In this document: piece by piece, positions 10,377 through 20,844 of the stretch
How the letters are laid out: the number at the start of each line of letters is the position of its first letter
Position numbering within the stretch: the stretch's first letter is position 1
From: an uncultured Rickettsiales bacterium
GTDB lineage: Bacteria > Pseudomonadota > Alphaproteobacteria > Micavibrionales > GCA-2720935
NCBI GenBank assembly: GCA_950054255.1
Contig: CATLOR010000003.1
Coordinates: forward strand, 121,816 to 185,815
Length of the DNA: 64,000 nt
Reading direction: 5' to 3'
The notes under the pieces: generated by a model
Databases searched by the model: none
What the model was told of the DNA's origin: nothing
The model's input: only the letters and a program-made list of their open reading frames with translations
Position numbers and translations under genes: made by a program

Positions 10377-11159
10377 ATGATGAATTCTGATGTTATACAC
10401 GCCTTCACAAAAGATGTGCTTTATATCTCGGCGACGGCTATTCCTATTGCTTTGATTTCTGGAGCAACGCCCTTTGCTGTGCCGGCTTTTATTTACGCTG
10501 CCTCTGCACTTTTCTTTTTACAGCAAAAGCACTCTCCAAAATCAGATTTCAATCAAATACATAAAGAAGTGGCACAAATTCATTGCCCAATTTTCAATGA
10601 GTGCGCAAAAGCTATGGAATTAGATCATATTACCCTACATACAACATTCCCAAATGAAAAAGCTGTTGCTTCAGCACGCTTTAGATCTGTTCATATAGAT
10701 GAAAAGAAGATGCTTCTTTTAAACGTATCGGATGCGGAAAAGAGATCTATTTATGCTCATGAATTAAGCCATATCAAAAATGATGATTTAGCAAGAGAGG
10801 GACATATACGTGCAACACGTACAGCCTATAGATCTGCTTATCTAATGGGCGTATTTAGTCTAAATTTTGGTCTTGTTGGTCTTGCCTTAGCTGGATCATT
10901 ATTTGATGTTCTTATTAATCGTAAATATTCAAGATCCGTTGAAAAAAGAGCCGATCGCCATTCATTAGAAGCTACAAGAGATCTTCAACCAGCTATATCT
11001 TGGATGGAAAGATTAATCCCCATATCAAATAAGACAGACAAATCAATTAAAGATATGATGACCACAACGATTCTAAACGCTCTTGAAACACATCCTACAA
11101 AGGAAATACGTGTTCAAAATATTAAGAACCATGCGAAAAAACTAGGCTTAACCCAATAA
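10377..11159 (+). CDS. M48-family membrane metallopeptidase (HtpX-like)
   Basis: HELSH zinc motif, downstream EKRAD (third ligand ExxAD), and flanking hydrophobic segments. Confidence 0.6.
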   Translation: MMNSDVIHAFTKDVLYISATAIPIALISGATPFAVPAFIYAASALFFLQQKHSPKSDFNQIHKEVAQIHCPIFNECAKAMELDHITLHTTFPNEKAVASARFRSVHIDEKKMLLLNVSDAEKRSIYAHELSHIKNDDLAREGHIRATRTAYRSAYLMGVFSLNFGLVGLALAGSLFDVLINRKYSRSVEKRADRHSLEATRDLQPAISWMERLIPISNKTDKSIKDMMTTTILNALETHPTKEIRVQNIKNHAKKLGLTQ

Positions 11160-12413
11160 TTTTGCTTTTAAATCCGATAAAGGAACAAGGTGAGCGTCTT
11201 CACTTGTACGGTTTTTCCATTCGACACTATTTTCTTTTAATGTCTTATGGCTCATAACCAATCTAATCGGCATCCCCATTAAATCGGCATCCCCAAATTT
11301 TTGGCCTGCACGGATATCAAGACGATCATCATAAAAAACCTCAATGCCTGCGGCTGTTAATTCTTGATATAGATCATCCGCATCCTTACGCTCTGCTTCA
11401 TCACGCGCAAGTGTAATCAAATGCACTTTATAAGGCGTGGTCTCTTCTGGCCAAACAAGGCCTTTATCATCACATAAACATTCCGCAACAGCCCCCATAA
11501 CACGGCTCATACCAATACCGTAACATCCCATCAAAATAGAATGTGGCTTCCCATCAGAACCCGAAAAAGAAGCATCAAAGGCATCACTATATTTAGTGCC
11601 TAACTTAAAGATATTGCCAACCTCAATTGACTTGACCTTTTCAAACTCATATTGCATGCCAGATGTATAATTAGGGACAATCTCTTTTAGCGCCTCCTCA
11701 TCATCAATCACTTCTTCGTTGATCGCAATGTCTGTATTAGGAACTTTATAAACAAGATCTTCGCCATATTCTGTAATTGCCTGAAACTCATGTGAATATT
11801 TTGAGAAAACGCCACCTGAAGCAAACGTAACCAACGTCAAATCACCCAAGCCACAACGACGGTAAAAGTTCTTATACGCCTCAATTGAACGATCATAAAA
11901 CGCATCTAAATCCGATTGATCGATGTGAAAAGAATACATATCCTTCATACGAAATTCACGCCCACGCAATAACCCTGATTTCGCACGCGCTTCATTTCTA
12001 AATTTTGTCTGAACCTGATAGGTTGCCGTCGGTAAATCTCTGTATGATTGAACAAAGCTTGTTACAACAGGCGTTACCACCTCTTCATGTGTCGCCCCAA
12101 GTGCCAAGTCACGATCCCCTGCTCCTTTTAATTTGAACAAAACATCAACAGCATCCCAACGTCCTGTCTTGTCCCAAATATCACGCGGCTGAATAGCTGG
12201 CATTAACATTTCTGTCGCGCCTAGAGCATTCATCTCTTCACGAACAATATTTTCAATCTTTGTTAAAACACGCAAGCCAAGAGGCAGATAAGAATAAACC
12301 CCCGCCATTAATTTATGCACATAACCGGCTCTAATCAATAATTGTGCATTCAAGCTGACATCACTATCTTTGGCATCTTTAAGCGTTTTGCTATAAAGTT
12401 GTGAAAATTTCAT
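11148..12413 (-). CDS. proS: Prolyl-tRNA synthetase (short type, no editing insertion)
   Basis: 421 aa. Class II motifs (REFRMKDMYSFH, GCYGIGMSRVMG) and a C-terminal anticodon-binding region. Confidence 0.9.
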   Translation of the reverse strand: MKFSQLYSKTLKDAKDSDVSLNAQLLIRAGYVHKLMAGVYSYLPLGLRVLTKIENIVREEMNALGATEMLMPAIQPRDIWDKTGRWDAVDVLFKLKGAGDRDLALGATHEEVVTPVVTSFVQSYRDLPTATYQVQTKFRNEARAKSGLLRGREFRMKDMYSFHIDQSDLDAFYDRSIEAYKNFYRRCGLGDLTLVTFASGGVFSKYSHEFQAITEYGEDLVYKVPNTDIAINEEVIDDEEALKEIVPNYTSGMQYEFEKVKSIEVGNIFKLGTKYSDAFDASFSGSDGKPHSILMGCYGIGMSRVMGAVAECLCDDKGLVWPEETTPYKVHLITLARDEAERKDADDLYQELTAAGIEVFYDDRLDIRAGQKFGDADLMGMPIRLVMSHKTLKENSVEWKNRTSEDAHLVPLSDLKAKLLG

Positions 12414-12457
12414 GGCTTTTTATGTATCCTTTTTAGCTGTTTGTTTTGACCTTTATA

Positions 12458-12829
12458 CTAACTTGCTGCTAAAAAGGCAAAGAAAAATCCAACGGCAAAG
12501 AGAACCCATGACAGCGCGAGAACCCATTTACTCAAATGACGCATTCTTTGACATGCACGTGCCTTTTGGGGGTCTGCTGGACATGGAGCGTGCCTCATTT
12601 TCCAATGCAAAAACGTCGCGATACTCAACATAAATATAGCGATACCAAACACTTCTTTCTTATGTTCTGACAAAACAATAAGCCAAGGTAAATCGGATAC
12701 AAGTCCAGCTAAAACAGCCCCCATACCTAAGGAAACAAACAACGCGGGTAAAGCGCAACAAATCAAAGTCCCAAAGCTTGTGAACAAACTAAGTGTCGGC
12801 ACAATAATTTGTTTCCACATATCACTCAT
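12458..12829 (-). CDS. MerT/MerC-like heavy-metal transport membrane protein (tentative)
   Basis: First TM carries the CC pair in LICCALPALFVSLG. A second Cys pair is CPADPQKARAC. The preferred start MSDMWKQ forms an ATGAGTGA overlap with the upstream HMA gene. The track ORF extends to 12883. Confidence 0.45.
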   Translation of the reverse strand: MSDMWKQIIVPTLSLFTSFGTLICCALPALFVSLGMGAVLAGLVSDLPWLIVLSEHKKEVFGIAIFMLSIATFLHWKMRHAPCPADPQKARACQRMRHLSKWVLALSWVLFAVGFFFAFLAAS

Positions 12830-13130
12830 TTGACGAGGCCTCAGTATCTCTAATTGCGACGACATTATAGCCTGAATCTTCAATCAATTGCGTGATCTTT
12901 TCATTTTTCAAGCGCATATCATCTTTAAAATTAACTGTAATAACTTTTGTATCTAAATTAACGTTTACATTTTCTACAGCTTCTTCCTCACCAAACACTG
13001 CCTCTAAAGCGCGCGCACAAAAATCACAAACCAAGCCATTTACATCAACATAAGCCGTTTCCACGGCAGAGGCTGGAGCTGAAAAGAATAAAAACCCAAC
13101 CATTCCAAGTGCATATATAATTTTTCTCAT
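12822..13130 (-). CDS. Periplasmic heavy-metal-associated (HMA) domain protein, MerP/CopZ-like
   Basis: Signal peptide followed by the GLVCDFCARALE metal-binding motif (GMxCxxC type). Confidence 0.65.
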   Translation of the reverse strand: MRKIIYALGMVGFLFFSAPASAVETAYVDVNGLVCDFCARALEAVFGEEEAVENVNVNLDTKVITVNFKDDMRLKNEKITQLIEDSGYNVVAIRDTEASSNE

Positions 13131-13146
13131 TTTAAATTCTCCTTTT

Positions 13147-13782
13147 TTAATAACGAATAACCCAATTAAACAGAACTGAGCCTTGATTGTTTATACCGGC
13201 CTCGACTAAGTGGACGTCTTTAAAAAAACGCACCATCGGCATAACCGTAACAGCATGTTGATTTTCAGGTTGATGATCTACTTGTAGCATAAACCATGTG
13301 TGAAGATCTCCATAATCCCCAATATAAGGCGCCACCCCTACTCTTGCAGACTGCATATAAAAATCATCGACATCACTGACCTTCGTATACCTATTCTCAT
13401 AAGAGGTAAAGAAACGGCGATTTTCCCAATCTAAAGCAACACCAGAAAATCCTGCTAAACCATCATTTTCAGTATTGTCCGATATACCTAAGCCTGATTT
13501 TAAATAGATATTAGCTTGATAATCACGTCCATTCCAACGATTAAGCAAATTATTCATTTGTGCCATATGAAGCGTATAATCATCATCTCGCCAATGCTCT
13601 ATCTTATATCCAACAGAATATCGAGCTGTTGGAGAATAATGCGCATGAAATGAATTTGTATCTGGTGTATTCATGATCATTCCAGTCCATCCCCCTGGAT
13701 ATGAAACAGGGCGTGCCATTACTGTTTCAACACACCACAAAAAACCGATACAAAAAAGCGTAATAAAAAAAGCTATACGCAT
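13147..13782 (-). CDS. Putative outer-membrane beta-barrel protein
   Basis: Signal peptide, alternating aromatic/polar pattern, and a C-terminal aromatic residue (..NWVIRY). Confidence 0.4.
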   Translation of the reverse strand: MRIAFFITLFCIGFLWCVETVMARPVSYPGGWTGMIMNTPDTNSFHAHYSPTARYSVGYKIEHWRDDDYTLHMAQMNNLLNRWNGRDYQANIYLKSGLGISDNTENDGLAGFSGVALDWENRRFFTSYENRYTKVSDVDDFYMQSARVGVAPYIGDYGDLHTWFMLQVDHQPENQHAVTVMPMVRFFKDVHLVEAGINNQGSVLFNWVIRY

Positions 13783-13869
13783 ACTATATTCTCTTTTCTT
13801 TTAAGAGCATGTAACCATAGTTAACTATATATACTTCATGCCTTGTTTTTCAACGTTTTTAATACATCC

Positions 13870-13883
13870 TTGATATAGATCAA
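13870..13883. promoter_or_regulatory. FNR/FixK-type box TTGATATAGATCAA
   Basis: Perfect palindrome TTGAT-N4-ATCAA read directly in the sequence, 18 bp upstream of the annotated hemN ATG. Confidence 0.6.
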
Positions 13884-13900
13884 TACACCATAATTCATAA

Positions 13901-15304
13901 ATGTCTATACTTATAGATAAGATGCCCTGTTCAAAGTTAGACCATATACTCGACAACAATCAGGCTGTGCCTCGTTATACGAGTTACCCTACTACACCTC
14001 ATTTTCAACAAATGAGCCCAGAGAGTAATGATCTACATTTAAAATGGTTAAAGTCCCTTTCTTCTGAGAATAAGATTTCCCTCTATATTCATATTCCTTT
14101 TTGTAAAGAAATGTGCTGGTATTGTGGATGTAATACAAAAGCAACCCATTCCTATCGACCCGTTGAAAAATACGTAGAACATTTAATTCAAGAGATAGAG
14201 GTTCTCTCTAAGAACCTCGAAGCGAACCTTGAGATTTATAACCTTCATTTTGGTGGAGGATCACCAGGTTACCTAACAGCTGACGATTTCACAAGAATTG
14301 TAAATGTGATAAAAAAGCATTTTAAACTCTCTTTAATTGCAGAATTTTCAATTGAACTAGACCCCCGTCTTGTTACACAAGATCGAATTGAAGCTTACGC
14401 TAACGCAGGTGTTAATCGCGTGAGTATTGGTGTTCAAGATTTTAATCAAGATGTTTTAAATAGCGTGAATAGAGCGCAGCCCTATGAACTCACCCGTAAA
14501 ACGGTAGAATTATGTCGATGGAATCATATCCCTCATATCAGCTTTGATCTCTTATGTGGGTTACCTCATCAAAAAGTTGAAACAATGTTGGAAACAATTG
14601 ATAAAGCTTGTGATCTTGCTCCTGATAGAATTTCTTTCTTTAGCTATGCACATGTTCCATGGATGAAAAAGCACATGAAACTTATAGAAGAAGAATTCCT
14701 ACCAAATACAGAAGAACGCCTCAACCTATTTGAACAAGGAAAAAACAGATTACACACTCATGGTTATAAAATGATTGGTATTGACCATTTCGCAAAAGAA
14801 CAAGATCGTTTAATAATCGCAAAACAATATGGAACGCTCCGCCGTAACTTTCAAGGCTATACCACAGATCAATATGACACTTTAATAGGGCTTGGAACCT
14901 CTGCTATAAGTCAATTCAAAGAAGGCTATACGCAAAATGCGCATGATATCCCTATATACACAGAATCCCTAGATAAAGACGAATTACCAAGCAAAAAGAT
15001 TTATTCATTTAATAGTACCGATTACTCACATGCTGATATTATCGAAGATCTTATGTGTCACTTTCAAACTGATCTCTCTTTAATTTCAGAAAAATACGCC
15101 CTTCAACAAGATTATTTTATCCCTTATTTAGATGCTTTAGAAGAATATCATGAACAAGGCGTTATTCGACTATCAGGTGCCCCGGAGGCTCCTTTTATTG
15201 AAATTACTGAAAAACCATATATTTTCGCACGATTAGTCGCTTCTGTTTTTGATAAGCACAAAGCCAAGTCAGGCACAGAAAAAAAACATTCAAATGCCAT
15301 TTAA
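13901..15304 (+). CDS. hemN: Oxygen-independent coproporphyrinogen III oxidase (radical SAM)
   Basis: 467 aa. N-terminal PRYTSYPT motif, radical-SAM cluster CKEMCWYCGC, and GGGSPG. Confidence 0.9.
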   Translation: MSILIDKMPCSKLDHILDNNQAVPRYTSYPTTPHFQQMSPESNDLHLKWLKSLSSENKISLYIHIPFCKEMCWYCGCNTKATHSYRPVEKYVEHLIQEIEVLSKNLEANLEIYNLHFGGGSPGYLTADDFTRIVNVIKKHFKLSLIAEFSIELDPRLVTQDRIEAYANAGVNRVSIGVQDFNQDVLNSVNRAQPYELTRKTVELCRWNHIPHISFDLLCGLPHQKVETMLETIDKACDLAPDRISFFSYAHVPWMKKHMKLIEEEFLPNTEERLNLFEQGKNRLHTHGYKMIGIDHFAKEQDRLIIAKQYGTLRRNFQGYTTDQYDTLIGLGTSAISQFKEGYTQNAHDIPIYTESLDKDELPSKKIYSFNSTDYSHADIIEDLMCHFQTDLSLISEKYALQQDYFIPYLDALEEYHEQGVIRLSGAPEAPFIEITEKPYIFARLVASVFDKHKAKSGTEKKHSNAI

Positions 15305-15318
15305 GTTTCTCACTCAAC

Positions 15319-15356
15319 AAAAAAAAAGAGCGGAATTTCTTCCGCTCTTTTTTTTA
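15319..15356. terminator. Bidirectional rho-independent terminator between the convergent hemN and MCP genes
   Basis: A-run, then stem GAGCGGAA (15328-15335), loop TTTC, stem TTCCGCTC (15340-15347), then a T-run. Confidence 0.8.
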
Positions 15357-15376
15357 AGATAAAATCTATTTCATTC

Positions 15377-16897
15377 TTACATATCACGAACACTTTGTAA
15401 GAAAGCATCAACACGTGACTCAAGATCTTCAGAACGCTGAGATAGATCTTTCGCAACTTCTAGAACAGAAGATGATGATTGACCTGTTTCATTTGCAGCT
15501 GTTTGAACACCTAAAATATTTGATGAAACTTCGCTTGTTGCAGACGCTTGTTGTTCAATTGCCGTAGAAATCGATGTAGAAATCTCACTCACTTGTGAAA
15601 TCACATTTGTGATATTATTAATAGCATCGGCTGTTGAGCGCGACACTTCTTGAATATCTTTAATTTGAAGACCGATTTCCTCTGTCGCATTTGCTGTCTC
15701 AGCCGCCAATGATTTAACTTCACTCGCAACAACAGCAAAGCCTTTACCAGCTTCACCAGCGCGTGCTGCTTCAATCGTTGCATTCAATGCAAGTAGGTTT
15801 GTTTGATCCGCAATATCAGAAATAAGCGCTGTAACCTCACCAATCTTAGTCGCCGCTTCAATCAATCCAGCGACAAGTTGCTCTGATTTTTGCGCTTCAA
15901 CAACAGCTTCATTTACAATTTTGCTTGATGTCGTAACTTGTCTTGTAATCTCATCCACTGATGCCGATAGTTCCTCAGCAGCAGCCGCAACAGTATTTGC
16001 TTGAGAACTTGTTTCTTCAGCCGCAGCAGAGAGTGTTTGAGCTGTCGCCTCCATTTCCGTTGAAGAAGATGCAACTGTTTGTACAACAGACTTAACATTC
16101 GCTTCGAAATCATCCGCCAAAGCTCTGTTCTCTTCTTTACGAGGTGTCAAATCAATCGCAAATTTAGTTACTTTAAATGGGTTCCCCTTCATATCAAAGA
16201 TAGGGTTATAAGAAGCTTCAATCCATACTTCTTTGCCATTTTTGCCATAACGCTTATATTGTCCTGATTGGAATTCACCCGTATTAAGGATTGCCCAGAA
16301 ATCTTTATATTCTTGGCTATCCGCATATTCTTTATCAGCAAACATGCTGTGATGTCTTCCTTTAATCTCATCAAGGCTGTAGCCCATCACCGATAAAAAG
16401 TTTTCATTCGCAGAAATAATTGTGCCATCCATATTGAAATGAATAACCGCTTGAGATTTATTCATCGCAGCAACTTGTCCCGCATTATCCAAAATCTCTG
16501 TATCAGACCATTCAACCATTGTTCCAACACGTACGCCATCTGCACTTCTTAATGGCCTTGCTAATAAGCCAAAGACATTTGGCCCAACTTTAATACTTGT
16601 TTTAAATTCAGACGTTAGCTTATCTAACATACCTCTTTGATATTCAGGCTTTTTGTGGAAAATATCGATATTTTGACCAATTAAGTTACTCATATCAAAT
16701 GCAGGAAGTTCTTTTTTCAATTCTGCTTCAAAGCCAGATAGGAATTTAACCAAAGATTTATTCATATAAATAATGTTGTAATCAGCATCTGCAATCATTG
16801 TATTAACTGAACTTTGATCTAAGGCCTGAATCTGCGCTTCTACAGCAGCATTTAAAGCACTATCTTTTCCTAACTTAAATAGTTTTGTAACGGACAT
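15377..16897 (-). CDS. Soluble methyl-accepting chemotaxis protein with PAS domains
   Basis: 506 aa with no obvious TM. PAS-like regions lie in the N-terminal half. The C-terminal MCP signalling hairpin reads [37 protein letters not shown]. Confidence 0.85.
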   Translation of the reverse strand: MSVTKLFKLGKDSALNAAVEAQIQALDQSSVNTMIADADYNIIYMNKSLVKFLSGFEAELKKELPAFDMSNLIGQNIDIFHKKPEYQRGMLDKLTSEFKTSIKVGPNVFGLLARPLRSADGVRVGTMVEWSDTEILDNAGQVAAMNKSQAVIHFNMDGTIISANENFLSVMGYSLDEIKGRHHSMFADKEYADSQEYKDFWAILNTGEFQSGQYKRYGKNGKEVWIEASYNPIFDMKGNPFKVTKFAIDLTPRKEENRALADDFEANVKSVVQTVASSSTEMEATAQTLSAAAEETSSQANTVAAAAEELSASVDEITRQVTTSSKIVNEAVVEAQKSEQLVAGLIEAATKIGEVTALISDIADQTNLLALNATIEAARAGEAGKGFAVVASEVKSLAAETANATEEIGLQIKDIQEVSRSTADAINNITNVISQVSEISTSISTAIEQQASATSEVSSNILGVQTAANETGQSSSSVLEVAKDLSQRSEDLESRVDAFLQSVRDM

Positions 16898-17044
16898 AAC
16901 GAAAAAACCTTCCTAAAAGAGTTGAAACATACACTGGTGATGACCAATGTGAAAAGAATAACAAGACAATATTATCATTTCGTTAAGAAAATAACAGCGT
17001 TTATTTGAAAAAAAGCCCTTTATTTTTCTTATGAAAACAAGCAC

Positions 17045-19795
17045 TTACCCCGGCCCATCCCCCATATGAATCTCTATCTTTGATTCATATAGTTCCAAGC
17101 TTTCAAAATCGATTTCATCAAACTCATTACCAATATCAAGATACAGATTTTGACCGAATACATAGATATTATCTTCATTCACTGTAATGTAGTTTTTTAC
17201 TAATTCAACATTATGAATTTTATCTGCTTTTATTTCATAAAAACCGGGCGGTACAAATTCAAATAAATAATAGCCATCATATCCTGTTTCCGTTGTTTGC
17301 AAAACAACCCCCTCATGGTTCACCAATTCCAATGTCACACCTTCTGCTGGCGATTTTGTATCAAAGCTTCTATATAATGTACCTTCAATTGAGCCTGTCT
17401 CCATAATTGGAAACGACACATCAATCATTTGTCCTCTTGATAAAACAGCACTCACACCTTCTGTTGTTGGTACATAATAAGGATCAACCAGAGATGATCT
17501 ATCAACAGAAATATTAACGACTTCATTTGTTTTCCCTGTCGCCAGAATCAAACCATTGTCATTACTTTCAACCGCAGACCGAGATCCGCCGAAACGCAAT
17601 CTTGCTCCCGGTAAAGGAATATCACCTTCTGAGAAAACAGTATCATAATCCTTATCAACAAAAACTTTTGCTTTTACAGCGCCTGTATTACCACGCGCCC
17701 TTAATGTACTATCAATTTCATACCCCTCATCTTCAGTTTGAGGATGCAATGACGCAGAATATCTAAGCGTGATATTAACACCCGCATCTTTTGTATAACT
17801 TGTTTGGAACGTTCCTAAGAAATAATCAAAATCATACCCCATTTGCGTTCCAAGCGTATAGACACCTGTTTCAAAACTGTTTGATAAATTAACCGCTGCT
17901 TGGAAAGTGTTTTGAGGTTTATAACGCACTTCTGACGAAAATGAGGATAATTTCGAAATTGGATAATATTGATAGTTTAAATTCCCTCTATATTGCCAAT
18001 CACCATTACGGTACGTTGCTGTCATATTTCCAGTCGTTTGTTGTTGATCACCATTACTAATTCTTGTTCTCAAGACATTGGACAATCTCAGACCTGAATA
18101 ACTATAGTTTTGTGCAAAAAGATAATCTGTCGACGTTAAGCCATTTTCTCTCTTCACATAAGTTCCTTTAAAGCGCAGATCCAAAGGAAGTCCAAAAACA
18201 CTCACATTACTATTCAATTCTGTTTCAGCTTCAAATAATTTCTTAGATGTTGATAATCCTGAGATTTCACTTTCAAAATCATCATACCAAGCAAGTCTTG
18301 TATTTTCTCTAATCCCCCAAAAACGACCTAAATGATTCAAGCTCAGCGCTCGTCCACCATCTATTTGCTTATAAAGCTCCGTTTCTACCAAACCAAGTGG
18401 TGTAGACATCGCCGCTCCACCAGAAACATATTTTCGAACCTTATCGGAATTCGCATTTTGCCTATATGAACTAAATAATGTTAATTCCTCATTTATACCA
18501 TATGAGAACATACCATCGACAATTAAACCTTCTGGTGTTGTTGTATTATCATCATTTCCTGGTAATTCAATCAGACGTTCTTCATTCTCTAAAAAAGCAA
18601 ACTCATATTCAAAATCACCGTCTTTTAACATAGATGATCCAGCTGTATAACTTCTACTTTCTTCGCGAACCTCCCCTTGAGGACCAAAAAATAAAATTTT
18701 AATTTCGTTATTACCAAAAGAAAGAGCTATATCCTCGAACAAATAACGTCCATCTTCAGAAACTTCTCCGAAATCAACAAGTTGATCATTATTATACACC
18801 TCAATTTCCCAGCCAACAGGGCCTGTTCCATCTAGAGTAATTCTATCAAATTCACCACGTGAACCGGCTTCACTGCTTGAAATGGAAATACCGCGCCCGA
18901 ATGATGAGCTTGCAACATTATCTTTCTGTCTAATAACAATATCACCCGCCTCAATGCGTTTAAAACCAGGTATAAAACCAAGCTCTGTTCCTTTTTCAGC
19001 CTGTCTTGTGAATTTTAGACGCGCATTATCCGGTGATTTAATATCACTGTCTTCCATTCGAAAATTCAAAGAATAATCTGCAACGACTTTATCAAAACCT
19101 TGTACAGCAGAAACAGAAGAACGCGCATCTAAAGCACTGTCTTCTGTGTCATAGGCTAAAACGCCTTGTAAATCAAAAATCGGTTTTGTCGCTGCTTTAT
19201 ATTTCTGGTCTAAACGCGGCAGGATCTTTTCTTCTAACTCTTTCAACTCACGCCTTTTCTCAATCATATCATAACGATCTCGACGTTCTTTATTTCTCAT
19301 GAAAGAAAGATCTTCTTCTGCTTCAGAAAATATTTTCAAAGAAGCCAATTCCACACGCATACTAATTGGCCATATCTCATTTAAAATCTCTAATTGCACA
19401 TAAATATCATCATCAATTAAGTAATCCGATTTCAAGATGGCATTTGCATCTAATTCTCGACGTTCCCCTTTTACAATAATTTCATTACGAGCACCATCAA
19501 TTGTAAAACTATTTTCTTCTCGTGAAGCATAACCTTGGATATAAGAACTGGATTTATCAATATCCGTAACAGCAAATTCAAACCCTTGAGCTAAAGCTTC
19601 AATAGGTAAATAATACCGTCCTTGGCTTTCATAGGCAAAAAGTCCCGGTGAAATACGCCAACCCGGCAACAAAAACACTTCAAAAATATATTCATTGGGA
19701 ATGGCTTCTTCAGCATAAGAAGGCTTAGAAGGATAGATCAAATAAGAGAATACAAGAGATAAAGCACATAAGACAAATGCAGTTTTTTTTAGCAT
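17045..19795 (-). CDS. Large outer-membrane usher-like protein of the DUF4402 fimbrial cluster (tentative)
   Basis: About 916 aa from MLKKTAFVL, which is a signal peptide. It sits last in an operon after two pilin-like genes and a chaperone. The C-terminus carries a carboxypeptidase-regulatory-like segment (GSIEGTLY..GYDGYYLFEFVPPGFYEI). The usher call rests on gene context only. Confidence 0.4.
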   Translation of the reverse strand: MLKKTAFVLCALSLVFSYLIYPSKPSYAEEAIPNEYIFEVFLLPGWRISPGLFAYESQGRYYLPIEALAQGFEFAVTDIDKSSSYIQGYASREENSFTIDGARNEIIVKGERRELDANAILKSDYLIDDDIYVQLEILNEIWPISMRVELASLKIFSEAEEDLSFMRNKERRDRYDMIEKRRELKELEEKILPRLDQKYKAATKPIFDLQGVLAYDTEDSALDARSSVSAVQGFDKVVADYSLNFRMEDSDIKSPDNARLKFTRQAEKGTELGFIPGFKRIEAGDIVIRQKDNVASSSFGRGISISSSEAGSRGEFDRITLDGTGPVGWEIEVYNNDQLVDFGEVSEDGRYLFEDIALSFGNNEIKILFFGPQGEVREESRSYTAGSSMLKDGDFEYEFAFLENEERLIELPGNDDNTTTPEGLIVDGMFSYGINEELTLFSSYRQNANSDKVRKYVSGGAAMSTPLGLVETELYKQIDGGRALSLNHLGRFWGIRENTRLAWYDDFESEISGLSTSKKLFEAETELNSNVSVFGLPLDLRFKGTYVKRENGLTSTDYLFAQNYSYSGLRLSNVLRTRISNGDQQQTTGNMTATYRNGDWQYRGNLNYQYYPISKLSSFSSEVRYKPQNTFQAAVNLSNSFETGVYTLGTQMGYDFDYFLGTFQTSYTKDAGVNITLRYSASLHPQTEDEGYEIDSTLRARGNTGAVKAKVFVDKDYDTVFSEGDIPLPGARLRFGGSRSAVESNDNGLILATGKTNEVVNISVDRSSLVDPYYVPTTEGVSAVLSRGQMIDVSFPIMETGSIEGTLYRSFDTKSPAEGVTLELVNHEGVVLQTTETGYDGYYLFEFVPPGFYEIKADKIHNVELVKNYITVNEDNIYVFGQNLYLDIGNEFDEIDFESLELYESKIEIHMGDGPG

Positions 19796-19892
19796 GACCC
19801 CTCCTCTCCAAAAGTCTATTATAAACACAGTGGAACGACATGAACCACTCTATATATAATAGGCAAAATATATGCCAATTTATTCTTCGACC

Positions 19893-20729
19893 TTAGAAAG
19901 AGGCAGTTGTTTCTGCCATTACCGCACCTTTTAACTGAGGATCCTCAACATCTGCCTTAAATAGAATTTTTACATTCTGACAGCTATTGATTTCAACAGC
20001 ATCAAAAGGAACTTCGTAATCAAAATTACGCTTATTAATCTCTGTATAAACAGCAAGACCTTTAACTTGCTTCAATACAACATCTTGACCACCATCAACA
20101 CAGACAAGATCTAAATCACCATACAAACTTTTTGTCCCTTCTCTATTCAGAGTAAAAGAAGTATGCATCACACCTTCTTTTGTATAAAGACGTGCATTTG
20201 TAAGGTTAGCTTCCGCTGTTAAATTTCCGTTTCTAACAAAAACAGGAAGTGATAAAGCAGGTTGGATAGAAAGACGAATTGATTGCTGGTCATTATCTTG
20301 TTTTAAAACAAACTGATCAGGCTTCGCTTCAGAAACGATCCATAAGTGAGAACGATACTCAGCTTCTTTCAAATCCGCAGATCTTTTAAATAAAAGACGT
20401 ACTTGCTGAGATCCTCCAGCGGGAATTGATACACGACGTGGTGCAAAACGAACCATATCATCCGCCCATAAAATATCATCAGATGTTTCATCTTCAGCGA
20501 TTGCTTGTAAAGACTTATCCTCATCCATACGATATTTGCGCCAGCCTAAACGATATGTTTGTGGCTTTGCCGTATTATTAATGATGGTTAAAACTTCAAA
20601 ACGCTTATTCCCTTCAAACACAATACGCTTCAAGCTAACACGAACCGCACCAGCTTCGTGTGCTGTTACTAAAACAAACGCACAACTAACAAGCGCAAGT
20701 AAGAAAAACTTTTTAAATCGTGTGATCAT
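19893..20729 (-). CDS. Periplasmic fimbrial chaperone (PapD-like)
   Basis: Signal peptide, then VSLKRIVFEGNKRFEVLTIINNT and FAPRRVSIPAGGSQQVRLLFKR, which match PapD-fold chaperone patterns. Confidence 0.65.
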   Translation of the reverse strand: MITRFKKFFLLALVSCAFVLVTAHEAGAVRVSLKRIVFEGNKRFEVLTIINNTAKPQTYRLGWRKYRMDEDKSLQAIAEDETSDDILWADDMVRFAPRRVSIPAGGSQQVRLLFKRSADLKEAEYRSHLWIVSEAKPDQFVLKQDNDQQSIRLSIQPALSLPVFVRNGNLTAEANLTNARLYTKEGVMHTSFTLNREGTKSLYGDLDLVCVDGGQDVVLKQVKGLAVYTEINKRNFDYEVPFDAVEINSCQNVKILFKADVEDPQLKGAVMAETTASF

Positions 20730-20844
20730 GTATGAAATAACCTAGAATAGATTGATAGAATAAATATATCTTTGGTAATAGTATAAGATATTTTTGCGTT
20801 TGACAAACAAGAAATTCAATCTTTTCAATAAAATATGCATTTTT

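Noticed and set aside
12412-12633. 73-aa plus-strand ORF between proS and the MerT-like gene.
   Set aside because: It overlaps the better-supported minus-strand membrane protein gene almost entirely.
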